A stretch of 64,000 nt of DNA from Eledone cirrhosa (lineage: Eukaryota). Within the stretch, counting starts at the first letter, position 1; each line of letters begins with the position of its first letter. This document shows positions 1-14,492 of the stretch, piece by piece. Made by a program: the position numbers and the translations under genes. The notes beneath the pieces were generated by a model. The model saw only the letters and a program-made list of their open reading frames with translations, made no database searches and was not told where the DNA came from. Location of the stretch: assembly GCA_964016885.1 (NCBI GenBank), contig OZ024763.1, positions 12,028,001 to 12,092,000 of the forward strand, written 5' to 3'.

Positions 1-86
1 TTAGTTTGAAAGGTGTTAGTCGCTAACATTTCCTTTCGCAAACACCCTAAGTCAAGAAGGTCCGCCTCAAAAGGAGCAAGTTCAGT

Positions 87-149
87 TACCTAACTCGTCC
101 CATGGACTGAGAGCTCTACCACTACGGATATTACCTTCCAGTGTTCTAC

Positions 150-154
<5 letters not shown>
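87..154 (+). mobile_element. 3' tail of family B (TA)n-embedded fold-back element (Penelope-like, non-autonomous)
   Basis: TACCTAACTCGTCCCATGGACTGAG...TTCTACCACTA(TA)n is the near-identical reverse complement of 52412-52479. Confidence 0.7.
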
Positions 155-221
<67 letters not shown>

Positions 222-224
<3 letters not shown>

Positions 225-394
225 GAAGGAAGTGTGGTAAGGAACCAGGTGGACCATAACGCACCAGAGTACTCAATACATAGGGTAGTAGAGTGGGTAA
301 TAGGAAAATGTTTATCCCCGACAGCAGAGCTCAAGTCCAGAAATAGCCGTCGAAACGGCTTGAGCTCTGCCGTCGGTGTTAAACATTTTCCTAT
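222..394 (-). mobile_element. Family A (TA)n-embedded fold-back mini-element, copy 1 (deletion in one arm)
   Basis: ~80-bp tail homologous to copies at 1152, 14613 and 18281; inverted arms TAGGAAAATGTTTA.../...TAAACATTTTCCTA (301-393); flanked by (TA)n. Confidence 0.8.
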
Positions 395-448
395 TTATAC
401 ATATATATATATATATATATATATAAAAGTGCGCGCGCGGATATGTTT

Positions 449-609
<161 letters not shown>

Positions 610-1050
610 ATTTCTCTCACACATTTTTCTTCCCCCTCTATCTACCCCCACCCCACCATATCTCTTAAGTCATGTAGCATGCTGTGTAATGTCAGATTTA
701 ACACTGCTCCTAAGAAGGCTTGCTGTAGTTTTTCCTTTTTTAACGAATTTTCTCTCCACCTCCCTCTCTCTTTATGTATGTATATATATATGTATATATA
801 TATATATATATACATACACACACACACACGTGTACTCACTTATATGAATATATAGTTTGTGTGTATATATATGATTACAAACACACGCATATATATATAT
901 ATATATGTGTGTGCATCTGTGTGTGAATATATATATGCACACACACATCCATTCATACATGTATATATGTGTGCGCATGTGTATGCAACCACGCAGCACG
1001 CCATGTTTTCATATATTTATATATATATATATATGTGTATATATATATTT

Positions 1051-1345
<295 letters not shown>

Positions 1346-1358
1346 TATATATATATAT

Positions 1359-1578
1359 ATCATCATCATCATCATCGTTTAACGTCCCTGTTCCACGCTT
1401 GCATTGGTTTGGACGGGGGTTTTCCCACTTGAGGCAAGAGTGGTTGTCTTGCTCGCATAGGACTGTCTGGCGGGTTTTCTACAGCTGGATGCCCTTCCTA
1501 ACACCAACCACATTTACAGTGTGGGGCTGGGAGGTTTTTACCGTGTTGCCTACACGGCCACATTACAGCGTGGACTGT
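1359..1578 (-). mobile_element. SINE 3' portion with RTE-type (GAT)n tail
   Basis: reverse complement contains GGTGTTAGGAAGGGCATCCAGCTGTAGAAA and ends GGACGTTAAACGATGATGAT; homologues at 18547, 27180, 47407, 58348. Confidence 0.75.
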
Positions 1579-1754
1579 ATGTATATATATATATATATAT
1601 ATACAATATATACATACACACATATATACGTGTGTGTGTGTGTGTGTTCATTTGTGTGATAAAATTAATTGTTAGTTCTTAATTAAATCGAATAGATGAC
1701 TTTGGTATAGCACCTCCTGTGATTCTCTATTACAAGTTGCTAATTCTATTGCAT

Positions 1755-2019
1755 ATACACACATGTGTATATACATCTCTCTATATATATGTATAGCATT
1801 ATATATGCATGTGTATATGTATGTATATCTGTGTGTATGTGCTTATGTATCTGTGTTTGTATCTCTCTATATGTGTATATATATGTGTGTGTGTGTCTGT
1901 GTATACACCTATATGTTTGTATATCTGTATGTAACTCTATATATATGTATATATATATATCTATATCTATATGGTTGTATGTGTGTATATATTTCTATAT
2001 TATTGTATGTGTGTATATA

Positions 2020-2057
<38 letters not shown>

Positions 2058-2190
2058 TATATAGATATATATATATATGTGAGTGTATGTTTGTATGCGT
2101 GTATGTATCTATATATATGTGTGTGTATATATATATATATATATTATGTGTATATATATATCTATGTGTGTGTATGTTTGTATGTGTGTA

Positions 2191-2255
<65 letters not shown>

Positions 2256-2591
2256 TTGTGTATCTATATTTGTATGTGTATATATGTGTGTATATATATC
2301 TATAAATATGTGTCTATATATCTCTATATATACATGTGTGTGTGTATATATCTTAATATGTATGTGTGTATATCTTTCTATATATATACATGTGTGTGTA
2401 TATATCTTAATATATGTGTATATATATGTGTGTGAGTGTATATAGCTTAATATGTATGTGTGTATATCTTAATATGTATATATATTATATATATGTGTGT
2501 GTGTGTATATATCTGTATATGTGTATATATATATGTGTGTGTATATATCTTAATATGTATCTGTATATATCTATCTATATGTATGTGTATG

Positions 2592-2630
<39 letters not shown>

Positions 2631-2813
2631 TGTATGTATATATATATATTAATATGTATGTGTATATCTATACATACACGTGTATCTCACTAATTCCATG
2701 AATCTCTTTAAACAACATTATTTATTATCTTTCACTTTTGTAATCTCTTTAGATTTTATATATTTTTTATAGCAGTTTTAATTCTCTGCAGCGCTTTCTT
2801 CTCAAACAAATCA

Positions 2814-2844
<31 letters not shown>

Positions 2845-2980
2845 TATATATATATGCACACACGCACACACACACACACATATATATATATGCACACACG
2901 CACACACACACACACATATATATATATATGCACACACACACACACGCACACACACATACACATATATATATATATATATG

Positions 2981-3066
<86 letters not shown>

Positions 3067-3090
3067 TACACACACATATATATATACACT
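1755..3090. repeat. Compound (TA)/(TG)/(CA) low-complexity tract
   Basis: alternating purine-pyrimidine dinucleotide runs. Confidence 0.9.
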
Positions 3091-3185
3091 GACTTCATGA
3101 GTGAATGTGTGTGTTAAAGTAAAATAACTAAATCATTAATTTAAAATAAATGTTTGTAAAAAGAAAATCTCGAAAAGAAACTAAG

Positions 3186-3545
3186 ATGTGATGATGGTGG
3201 TGATGGTGGTGATGATGGTTGTGATGGCTGTGATGGTGGTGATGGTTGTGATGGTGGTGGTGGTTGTGATGGTGGTGGTGGTTGTGATGGTCGTGATGGT
3301 GGTAGTGATGGTTGTGGTGATGGTAGTGATGATGATTGTGATGGTAGTGATGATGGTGATGGTAGTGATGATGATTGTGATGGTAGTGATGATGGTAGTG
3401 ATGGTGATGATGGTAGTGATGATGGTGATGGTAGTGATGATGGTGATGGTTGTGATGATGGTGATGGTAGTGATGATGGTGATGGTAGTGATGATGGTGA
3501 TGGTTGTGATGATGGTAGTGATGGTTGTGATGGTTGTGATGGTAG
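3186..3545. repeat. (GAT/GGT)n trinucleotide repeat
   Basis: degenerate GATGGT runs. Confidence 0.9.
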
Positions 3546-3669
3546 AAAACTGAAGGTGATCCTTTTCATAGCAAACCATCCCCGGTTGTACAATACAAAA
3601 CTATTATTTTAGTTTATAATTTATCTGAAACTCTTCCATCGTGATTTTAGGGAAGAATTATTGTTTTGT

Positions 3670-3953
3670 GTGGAGTGTGCTAGTGTTAAAGGTGTTGGAC
3701 TTACGACCATAATGTCGTGGGTTCGATTCCTGGGTTGTGTGTTGTGTTCTTGAGCAAAACACTTCATTTCACGTTGCTCCAGTATACTCAGCTGAAATAG
3801 AGTACCAACAATAGTTGGGGGCTTAACCCTGCGATGGACTGGCGTCCTGTCCAGGGGGGAAGTCTCGTACTCTCAGTTGCTTCAGGCCAAGAAACCGGGA
3901 TAAGCACCGGCCAAATGAGCCTTCTGGCTTAAGACAGACTTTAGACTTAGACT
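3670..3953 (+). mobile_element. tRNA-derived SINE
   Basis: B-box-like GGGTTCGATTCC, CORE-like GTGTTCTTGAGCAAAACACTT, then CCCTGCGATGGACTGGCGTCCTGTCCAGGG and a short (TTAGAC)n tail; related copy on minus strand at 62660-62900. Confidence 0.75.
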
Positions 3954-3994
3954 CTGATTCAAAACATCATTCTGATGATGACAACGTTAGTTAT

Positions 3995-4180
3995 ACAGGT
4001 TTCTGGTCCTGGCACAAAGCCAAATATTTTTATCATCCCGAGTGCATTACTGGTACTTTATTTTATCGAGCCCTTGTAGCTAACCTCAGCAGGATTTGAA
4101 CTCAGAACACAGAGGGGCGTAACTCAATACCACACAGCATGTTGTTTGATGCTCTACTTATTCTGCTAATCCACTGCTCT
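3995..4180 (-). mobile_element. tRNA-derived SINE (second family), degenerate
   Basis: GGCACAA...CATTACTGGTACTTTATTTTATCGA...GGATTTGAACTCAG shared with copies at 38680-39312 and 42485-42918. Confidence 0.7.
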
Positions 4181-4385
4181 AGGTTATACTAACCATAACT
4201 GAATATTTTTGACACTATGGTAGACGGTGTCAATCATTTGAAATGTGGTAATGAAACGGTTAATGACTAATAGTGATTAGCCACTAATTAGGGTATTTGG
4301 ATTAGAGAAATATAGATTAATACCACACCACCCTCGCAATATATCGTGGGTGTTCGTCTTAAAATAGATCATCTCTCACTCTCTA

Positions 4386-5560
4386 TGTGTGTGTGTGTGT
4401 GTATTTGTCTGTGTGAGAGGTGTGTGTGTGGCATTTGTGTGTATTTGTCTGTGTGAGAGGTGTGTGTGTGGCATGTGTGTGTATGAGGTGTGTGTGTGGG
4501 ATGTGTGTGTATTTGTCTGTGTGAGAGGTGTGTGTGTGGCATGTGTGTGTATGAGGTGTGTGTGTGGGATGTGTGTGTATTTGTCTGTGTGTGAGGTGTG
4601 TGTGTGGTATTTGTGTGTATTTGTCTGTGTGAGAGGTGTGTGTGTGTGTATTTGTCTGTGTGTGTGAGGTGTGTGTGTGTGTGGCATTTGTGTGTATTTG
4701 TCTATGTGAGATGTGTGTGTGTGTGTGGCATTTGTGTGTATTTGTCTGTGTGTGTGGTATTTGTGTGTATTTGTCTGTGAGATGTGTGTGTATGTGGCAT
4801 TTGTGTGTATGTGTGTATGAGATGTGTGCGTGTGTGGCTTTTGTGTTTATGTGTCTGTGAGATGTATGTGTGTGTGGCTTTTGTGTGTATGTGTCTATGT
4901 GAGATGTGTGCGTGTGTGTGGCATTTGTGTATGTGTCTGTGAGATGTGTGCGTGTGTGGCTTTTATGTGTATATGCCTGTGTGAGGTACGTGTGTCTGTG
5001 AGATGTGTGTGTGTGTGTGTGTGGCTTTTGTGTGTATATGCCTGTGTGAGATGTGTGTGTCTGTGTGTATATGTGTGTATATATATATATGTTTGTGTGT
5101 ATATATATATATATATGTATGTATGTGCATGCATGTAGATGTATGTATATATATATATGTGTGTGTGTTTATAGATGTGTATAAATATGTATGTATGTGT
5201 ATATATATATATGTGTATGTATGTATGTGCATGCATGTAGATGTGTATGTATGTATGTGCATGCATGTAGATGTGTATGTATATGTGTATATATATATAT
5301 ATGTGTGTATGTATGTATGTGCATGCATGTAGATGTGTGTGTATATATATATATATTTCTATGTGTATGTTTGTACGTGTGTATATATATATATGTGTGT
5401 GTGTGTTTATAGATGTGTATATATATGTATGTAGATGTGTGTATATATATATTTGTATGTGTATATATATGTTTGTACGTGTGTATTATATATATGTGTG
5501 TATGTGTGTGTGTCTTTATAGATGTGTATATATATATATGTATGTATATGTGTGTATAAG
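4386..5560. repeat. TG-rich minisatellite/low-complexity tract
   Basis: repeated GTATTTGTCTGTGTGAGAGGTGTG-like units grading into (TA)/(TG). Confidence 0.9.
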
Positions 5561-5986
5561 CTGCCAATATCCAATGTGTGATGATGATAATGATGCTGTT
5601 ACATAGGTATTAATTAATCTATCTAGTGCTAGCTAATCAGTAAGTTGTTAATTAAAGAGTCTGTTGATGGCAGTCTAATCACCTTCGTGTCCCAAACACT
5701 TTATGGATCACCAAATACCTTTGAAACTCTGCTTCCTTGTAATCTCTCTTAGTTTTTGTTCTTTTTAACCCCCCCCCCCCCCCCCCCCCAATCATGTTCT
5801 ATGATATGAAGCTGTTTATTATAAAGTGTTATTATTTATCACTAATCAGGAGCTATGAAAATAAACAGCAACTAACATATTGGATATTGGGAACTTATAC
5901 ACAGATACACAAGCATATATACACATACAAACATATATATATATACATACACATCTCCAAATACTTACATACATATATATGGGTAA

Positions 5987-8111
5987 ATTACTCTATATAT
6001 ACTATTATATTTTCACAGTAAAGGCTTTATCTCACATAATATCTCACATAACATTCACATTACTCTATATATACTATTATATTTTCACAGTAAAGGCTTT
6101 ACCTCACATAATATCTCACATAACATTCACATTACTCTATATATACTATTATATTTTCACAGTAAAGGCTTTACCTCACATAATATCTAACATAACATTT
6201 ACATTACTCTATATATACTATTATATTTTCACAGTAAAGGCTTTACCTCACATAATATCTCACATAACATTCACATTACTCTATATATACTATTGTATTT
6301 TCACAGTAAAGGCTTTACCTCACATAATATCTAACATAACATTTACATTACTCTATATATACTATTGTATTTTCACAGTAAAGGCTTTACCTTACATAAT
6401 ATCTAACATAACATTTACATTACTCTATATATACTATTATATTTTCATGGTAAAGGCTTTACCTCACATAATATCTCACATAACATTTACATTACTCTAT
6501 ATATACTATTATATTTTCATGGTAAAGGTTTTACCTCACATAATATCTCACATAACATTTACATTATTCTATATATACTATTATATTTTCACAGTAAAGG
6601 CTTTACCTCACATAATATCTAACATAACATTTACATTATTCTATATATACTATTATATTTTCATGCTAAAGGCTTTACCTCACATAATATCTCACATAAC
6701 ATTTACATTATTCTATATATACTATTATATTTTCACAGTAAAGGCTTTACCTCACATAATATCTAACATAACATTTACATTACTCTATATATACTATTAT
6801 ATTTTCATGCTAAGGGCTTTACCTCACATAATATCTCACATAACATTTACATTACTCTATATATACTATTATATTTTCACAGTAAAGGCTTTACCTCACA
6901 TAATATCTAACATAACATTTACATTACTCTATATATACTATTGTATTTTCACAGTAAAGGCTTTACCTTACATAATATCTAACATAACATTTACATTACT
7001 CTATATATACTATTCTATTTTCATGGTAAAGGCTTTACCTCACATAATATCTCGCGTAACATTTACATTACTCTATATATACTATTCTATTTTCATGGTA
7101 AAGACTTTACCTCACATAACATTTACATTACTCTATATATACTATTATATTTTCATCGTAAAGGCTTTATCTCACATAATATCTCACATAACATTTACGT
7201 TACTCTATATATACTATTGTATTTTCACAGTAAAGGCTTTACCTCACATAATATCTCACATAACATTTACATTACTCTATATATACTATTATATTTTCAC
7301 AGTAAAGGCTTTACCTCACATAATATCTCACATAACATTTACATTACTCTATATATACTATTATATTTTCACAGTAAAGGCTTTACCTCACATAATATCT
7401 AACATAACATTTACATTACTCTATATATACTATTGTATTTTCACAGTAAAGGCTTTACCTTACATAATATCTAACATAACATTTACATTACTCTATATAT
7501 ACTATTATATTTTCATGGTAAAGGCTTTACCTCATATAATATCTCACATAACATTTACATTACTCTATATATACTATTATATTTTCATGGTAAAGGTTTT
7601 ACCTCACATAATATCTCACATAACATTTACATTATTCTATATATACTATTATATTTTCACAGTAAAGGCTTTACCTCACATAATATCTAACATAACATTT
7701 ACATTATTCTATATATACTATTATATTTTCATGCTAAAGGCTTTACCTCACATAATATCTCACATAACATTTACATTACTCTATATATACTATTGTATTT
7801 TCACAGTAAAGGCTTTACCTCACATAATATCTCACATAACATTTACATTACTCTATATACACTATTGTATTTTCACAGTAAAGGCTTTACCTCACATAAT
7901 TATCTCACATAACATTCACATTACTCTATATATACTATTATATTTTCATCGTAAAGGCTTTATCTCACATAATATCGAATCTATGAGATTTTGAAAGTAT
8001 TTATTTTGAGAACAATACTTTAACATCAGTATGAGCAGCCTGTTATGGCCAGTTTCAACAGAAAGAGGTAGAGAATTCTGGCCGGATGTGGCCAGTTTGA
8101 ACATTAAAGGG
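5987..8111 (+). mobile_element. piggyBac-type MITE-1 with ~27 tandem copies of an internal 72-bp unit
   Basis: 72-bp period (6001 vs 6073); unique 3' part ends ACATTAAAGGG followed by TTAA (8112-8115); left TIR not seen. Confidence 0.8.
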
Positions 8112-8392
8112 TTAATAATGTGAAAGTTATGTCACTAAATATCTCCAAATTCTTGATTATTTTCAAAATGATTTGAAAACCATAAGCAGTGTCTTTCTTT
8201 AGAAATATGGTAAGAAATGTTTAGATGTATTTAAAAACCTTCCATTATAATTTAATATAAGAACTATAATCACTGTCATCATCAGTCACTGACACACAGA
8301 CACTACCACTGCCACCACCACCAACAACAGTCCCACCACCATCCCATCATCACCACCACAACCACCACCATCCCATCATTGCCTGTCATTGC

Positions 8393-8675
8393 CCCGTTAC
8401 CATTTACAATACTCTATATATGCTATTGTATTTTCATGGTAAAGGCTTTACCTCACATAATATCTCACATAACATTTACAATACTCTATATATGCTATTG
8501 TATTTTCATGGTAAAGGCTTTACCTCACATAATTATCTCTCATAACATTGAATCTCTGAGATTTTGATATTATTTATTTTGAGAACAATACCTTAACATC
8601 AGTATGAGCAGCCAGTTTCAGCCAGTTTCAACAGAAAGAGGTGAGACAATTGTGGCCGGTTTAAATGCTAAAAGG
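8393..8675 (+). mobile_element. piggyBac-type MITE-1 (2 internal units)
   Basis: starts CCCGTTACCATTTAC, ends TAAATGCTAAAAGG-TTAA; homologous to 21452-21790. Confidence 0.75.
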
Positions 8676-8734
8676 TTAAACATCCAAGAAACGTTCTATC
8701 TGATACAACCTCATACAAAGCCAGGTAAACCTTC

Positions 8735-9328
8735 ATGGGTATGGCGCTGTTAAGACAAGGGGCAGGGCTGATGGGTTAGGGTATGGGACTGTTATGACAA
8801 GGGGCAGGGCTGAGGAGTTACGGTATGGCGCTGTTAAGACAAGGGGCAGGGCTGATGGGTTAGGGTATGGGACTGTTACGACAAGGGGCAGGGCCGAGGG
8901 GTTAGAGCATGGGACTGTTACAACAAGGGGCAGGGCTGAGGGGTTAGGGTATGGGACTGTTACAACAAGGGGCAGGGCTGAGGGGTTAGGGTATGGCGCT
9001 GTTAAGACAAGGGGCAGGGCTGAGGGGTTAGGGTATGGGACTGTTACGACAAGGGGCAGGGCCGAGGGGTTAGAGCATGGGACTGTTACAACATGGGGCA
9101 GGGCCGAGGGGTTAGGGTATGGGACTGTTACAACAAGGGGCAGGGCTGAGGGGTTAGGGTATGGCGCTGTTAAGACAAGGGGCAGGGCTGAGGGGTTAGG
9201 GTATGGGACTGTTACGACAAGGGGCAGGGCTGAGGGGTTAGGGTATGGGACTGTTACGACAAGGGGCTGGGCTGAGGGGTTAGGGTATGGGACTGTTACG
9301 ACAAGGGGCTGGGCTGAGGGGTTAGGGT
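8735..9328. repeat. 42-bp G-rich minisatellite (~14 copies)
   Basis: unit GGGTATGGGACTGTTACGACAAGGGGCAGGGCTGAGGGGTTA. Confidence 0.95.
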
Positions 9329-9351
9329 GTTGCAATTTACACAAAATACAG

Positions 9352-10732
9352 TGGACACATCTGTACATACACATCTATATACCTACACACACAGTACACA
9401 TCTATATACCTACACACACAGTACACATCTATATATATACACCCAGTACACATCTATATACCTACATACATAGTACACATCTATATACCTACACACACAG
9501 TACACATCTATATATATACACCCAGTACACATCTATATACCTACACACACAGTACACATCTATATACCTACACACACAGTACACATCTATATATATATAC
9601 CCAGTACACATCTATATATATACACCCAGTACACATCTATATACCTACACACCCAGTACACATCTATATACCTACACACCCAGTACACATCTATATACCT
9701 ACACACACAGTACACATCTATATATATACACCCAGTACACATCTATATACCTACATACATAGTACACATCTATATACCTACACACCCAGTACACATCTAT
9801 ATATATACACCCAGTACACATCTATATACCTACACACCCAGTACACATCTATATACCTACACACCCAGTACACATCTATATATATATACACCCAGTACAC
9901 ATCTATATACCTACACACCCAGTACACATCTATATATATACACCCAGTACACATCTATATACCTACACACACAGTACACATCTATATACCTACACACACA
10001 GTACACATCTATATACCTACACACCCAGTACACATCTATATATATACACCCAGTACACATCTATATACCTACACACAGTACACATCTATATACCTACACA
10101 CACAGTACACATCTATATATATACACCCAGTACACATCTATATATATACACCCAGTACACATCTATATATATACACCCAGTACACATCTATATATATACA
10201 CCCAGTACACATCTATATACCTACACACCCAGTACACATCTATATACCTACACACCCAGTACACATCTATATATATACACCCAGTACACATCTATATATA
10301 TACACACAGTACACATCTATATATATACACCCAGTACACATATATATATACACCCAGTACACATCTATATATATACACGCAGTACACATCTATATACCTA
10401 CACACACAGTACACATCTATCTATATACACCCAGTACACATCTATCTATATACACGCAGTACACATCTATATATATACACCCAGTACACATCTATATATA
10501 TACACGCAGTACACATCTATCTATATATACACGCAGTACACATCTATATATATACACCCAGTACACATCTATATATATACACCCAGTACACATCTATCTA
10601 TATACACGCAGTACACATCTATCTATATACACCCAGTACACATCTATCTATATACACGCAGTACACATCTATCTATATACACCCAGTACACATCTATCTA
10701 TATACACCCAGTACACATCTATCTATATACAC
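9352..10732. repeat. ~27-bp minisatellite
   Basis: unit CAGTACACATCTATATACCTACACAC(A/C). Confidence 0.95.
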
Positions 10733-10787
10733 CGTATCCCATCTGTAATACAAATGTCAATGGATCTCCATCAGGTTTAAAGATGAG

Positions 10788-10867
10788 TACTGCTACTACT
10801 ACTACTGCTGCTACTACTGCTGCTACTACTACTGCTACTACTACTGCTGCTGCTACTACTACTACTG

Positions 10868-10899
<32 letters not shown>

Positions 10900-11050
10900 G
10901 CTGCTACTACTACTGCTACTACTACTGCTGCTACTACTACTGTTACTACTATTACTACTGCTACTACTACTACTACTACTACTACTACTGCTACTACTAC
11001 TACTGCTACTACTACTGCTGCTACTACTACTGTTACTACTACTACTACTA
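10788..11050. repeat. (ACT/GCT)n trinucleotide repeat
   Basis: direct inspection. Confidence 0.95.
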
Positions 11051-11266
11051 GTGTGTATACAATGTGTATGTGTTCAGTGTGTGTACAGTGTATGTATGTA
11101 TACAGTGTGTGTGTATATATACACACACCCAGTGTGTGTATATATATATACACACACATACACAGTGTGTGTATATGCCAGGCTAACTGCTAAGCTCTCT
11201 TCACTTCAACATAACTTGACAGGCAAAGAAAGAAACAAGGCCATGTTTTTACACACTTTTTTTTTT

Positions 11267-12897
11267 CACACACAGCTCCTCACACACACATACACTACAT
11301 CACACACACACAGCTCCTCACACACACATACACTACATCACACACACACACTACATCACACACACACAGCTCCTCACACACACACACTACATCACACACA
11401 CACAGCTCCTCACACACACACACTACATCACACACACACAGCTCCTCACACACACATACACTACATCACACACACACAGCTCCTCACACACACACATACA
11501 CTACATCACACACACACAGCTCCTCACCCACACATACACTACATCACACACACACAGCTCCTCACACACACATACACTACATCACACACACACAGCTCCT
11601 CACACACACATACACTACATCACACACACACAGCTCCTCACACACACATACTACATCACACACACACAGCTCCTCACACACACATACACTACATCACACA
11701 CACACAGCTCCTCACACACACATACACTACATCACACACACACAGCTCCTCACACACACACTACATCACACACACACAGCTCCTCACCCACACATACACT
11801 ACATCACACACACACAGCTCCTCACACACACATACACTACATCACACACACACAGCTCCTCACACACACATACACTACATCACACACACACAGCTCCTCA
11901 CACACACATACACTACATCACACACACACAGCTCCTCACACGCACATACTACATCACACACACACAGCTCCTCACACACACATACACTACATCACACACA
12001 CACAGCTCCTCACACACACATACACTACATCACACACACACAGCTCCTCACACACACATACTACATCACACACACACAGCTCCTCACCCACACATACACT
12101 ACATCACACACACACAGCTCCTCACACACACATACACTACATCACACACACACAGCTCCTCACACACACACACTACATCACACACACACAGCTCCTCACA
12201 CACACATACACTACATCACACACACACACTACATCACACACACACAGCTCCTCACACACACATACTACATCACACACACACACAGCTCCTCACACACACA
12301 TACTACATCACACACACACAGCTCCTCACACACACATACACTACATCACACACACACAGCTCCTCACACACACAGCTCCTCACACACACACACTACATCA
12401 CATACACACAGCTCCTCACACACACACAGCTCATCATACACACACAGCTCCTCACACACACACAGCTCATCATACACACACAGCTCATCACACACACACA
12501 GCTCCTTACACACACACAGCTCCTCACACACACATACTACATCACACACACACAGCTCCTCACACACACATACTACATCACACACACACAGCTCATCACA
12601 CACACTACATCATACACACACAGCTCCTCACACACACACAGCTCATCACACACACACTACATCACACACACACACAGCTCATCACACACTACATCACACA
12701 TACACACTACATCACACACACACACACAGCTCATCACACACTACATCACACATACACACTACATCACACACACACACAGCTCATCACACACTACATCACA
12801 CATACACACTACATCACACACACACAGCTCATCACACACACTACATCACACACATACAGCTCATCACACACACACACAGCTCATCACACACACACAG
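11267..12897. repeat. ~41-bp CA-rich minisatellite
   Basis: unit CACAGCTCCTCACACACACATACACTACATCACACACA. Confidence 0.95.
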
Positions 12898-14167
12898 GCC
12901 AGCAGCTTTGCCAGCAATCCACACACACATACTATACTACACTATATAAACACACTCTCTCTCTATATATATATATCACCACCTCTCCCTCCCTCTTTCT
13001 ATATCTCTATCACCACCTCTCTCTATATATCTCTACCTCTCTTTCCCTCTCTCTATATATCTCTACCTCTCTTTCCCTCTCTCTATATATCTCTACCTCT
13101 CTCTCCCTCTCTCTATATATCTCTACCTCTCTATATCTCTATCGCCACCTCTCTCTCTCCACATTTTCTATATCATCCTTCCACACTCATCAATGGACTC
13201 TCCCACTCTCTCCCCCTCTCTCCCCCTCTCTCTCACTATCTCTTATTCTCTCCCTCTTCCCATTTCATCACAGATTGTTCTTAATTTCATCTGACTTTTG
13301 CATCCATTGACTTCACTTCACCACTAACCCCTCTCTCTCTCCCCACCACCATCCCCATCTCTCTCTCCCCACCACCATCCCCATCTCTCTCTCCCCACCA
13401 CCATCCCCTCTCTCTCTCCCCCATCTCCCCCTCTCCACCATCTCCCCCCTCTCTCTCCACCATCTCCCCCCTCTCTCTCCACCACCATCTCCCCCCTCTC
13501 CACCCCCCATCTCCACCACCATCTCCCCCTCTCTCCACCACCATCTCCCCTCCCCCTCTCTCTCCACCACCATCTCCCCACTTCCTCTCTCTACCACCAT
13601 CTCCTCTCTCTCTATGTGCCGTCATCTCCCCCTATATCTCTCCACAATCACCTCTTTCTCTCTCTCCACATACAAGCACATAATTTTTTCCCTCTCTCTC
13701 CACACACACACACACACACACATTGACACACACACACACTCTCACACACACACACACACACACTAAACACTAAGGTTATGTATTGCAATATTATATTCAG
13801 TGATTTTCATCATTCCTATCCAACTGTTCATCACTGACATTTGGGGGGGGGGTCTTGCTGATGGTCTTGATGTTGTTAGTTGGGGGGCGGGGGTCTTGAT
13901 GTTGTTGTTAGTTGGGAGGCGGGGGTCTTGATGTTGTTGTTAGTGTTGCCAGTGAAATCATATAGAAACTAGATTTCTCATTTCTGCTAAATTATTTTTC
14001 TCTCATGACTTTGTATTTAAACACCTTTTCTGTCTGTCTGTCTGTCTGTCTGTGAATATATCTGTCTGTCTGTCTGCCTGTGAATATGTCTGTCTGTCTG
14101 CCTGTGAATATGTCTGTCTGTCTGTATAGGTATCTGTCTGTCTGTCTGCCTGTCTATCTATTAAGCT

Positions 14168-14483
14168 TGGCCCCAGACAGTTTTATGAAAGGTGGGTGAA
14201 AGAGGCAACAATGGCTCGTGTAAATGGGCCTTCTCTCTACATTGTTCTGTAGGTGAAGAAGAGGAAAGGGGGAGCGCCTCCTCTCCGGGCTGCCCCCCCG
14301 GGAAAAGGGTTGCACACTTTTCGGAGGTATGTGCAATCCCCAACACGCCCCCTCCCTTTTGAGGACTTTTTATTATTATATTATTCTTATTGTTATTCCT
14401 TTTTTTCTTTACTCGCATTTATGTAAACTCCCCCCTGTGTATTTGTCCCCTTTTTTTGTGCCCTCGTGGCAAATATATAGAAA
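14168..14483 (+). mobile_element. Penelope-like element 3' relic (GIY-YIG C-terminus plus decayed pLTR hammerhead)
   Basis: 14172-14240 translates PRQFYERWVKEATMARVNGPSLY, resembling the PLE endonuclease end (FERGVKEAIxIRxxxPSLN); then hairpin GGGTTGCACA...TGTGCAATCCC; bracketed by 15-bp direct repeat TCTATCTATTAAGCT (14153-14167, 14484-14498). Confidence 0.55.
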
Positions 14484-14492
14484 TCTATCTAT

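Noticed and set aside
3670-3735. tRNA gene
   Set aside because: A/B-box-like head continues into a SINE body; no intact cloverleaf
5880-7994. 704-aa ORF (also 721/620-aa ORFs at 52856-55021 and 259/272-aa ORFs at 49319-50159)
   Set aside because: Stop-free frames of 72- or 60-bp satellite units inside a MITE; no protein-like complexity
10730-10790. Short unique island between arrays as a possible micro-exon (also 50920-50940 and 25380-25480)
   Set aside because: No recognisable protein similarity and weak or ambiguous splice signals
11051-12949. 632-aa His/Thr-rich ORF and the many YI/CV/HT/SL ORFs
   Set aside because: Translations of dinucleotide microsatellites
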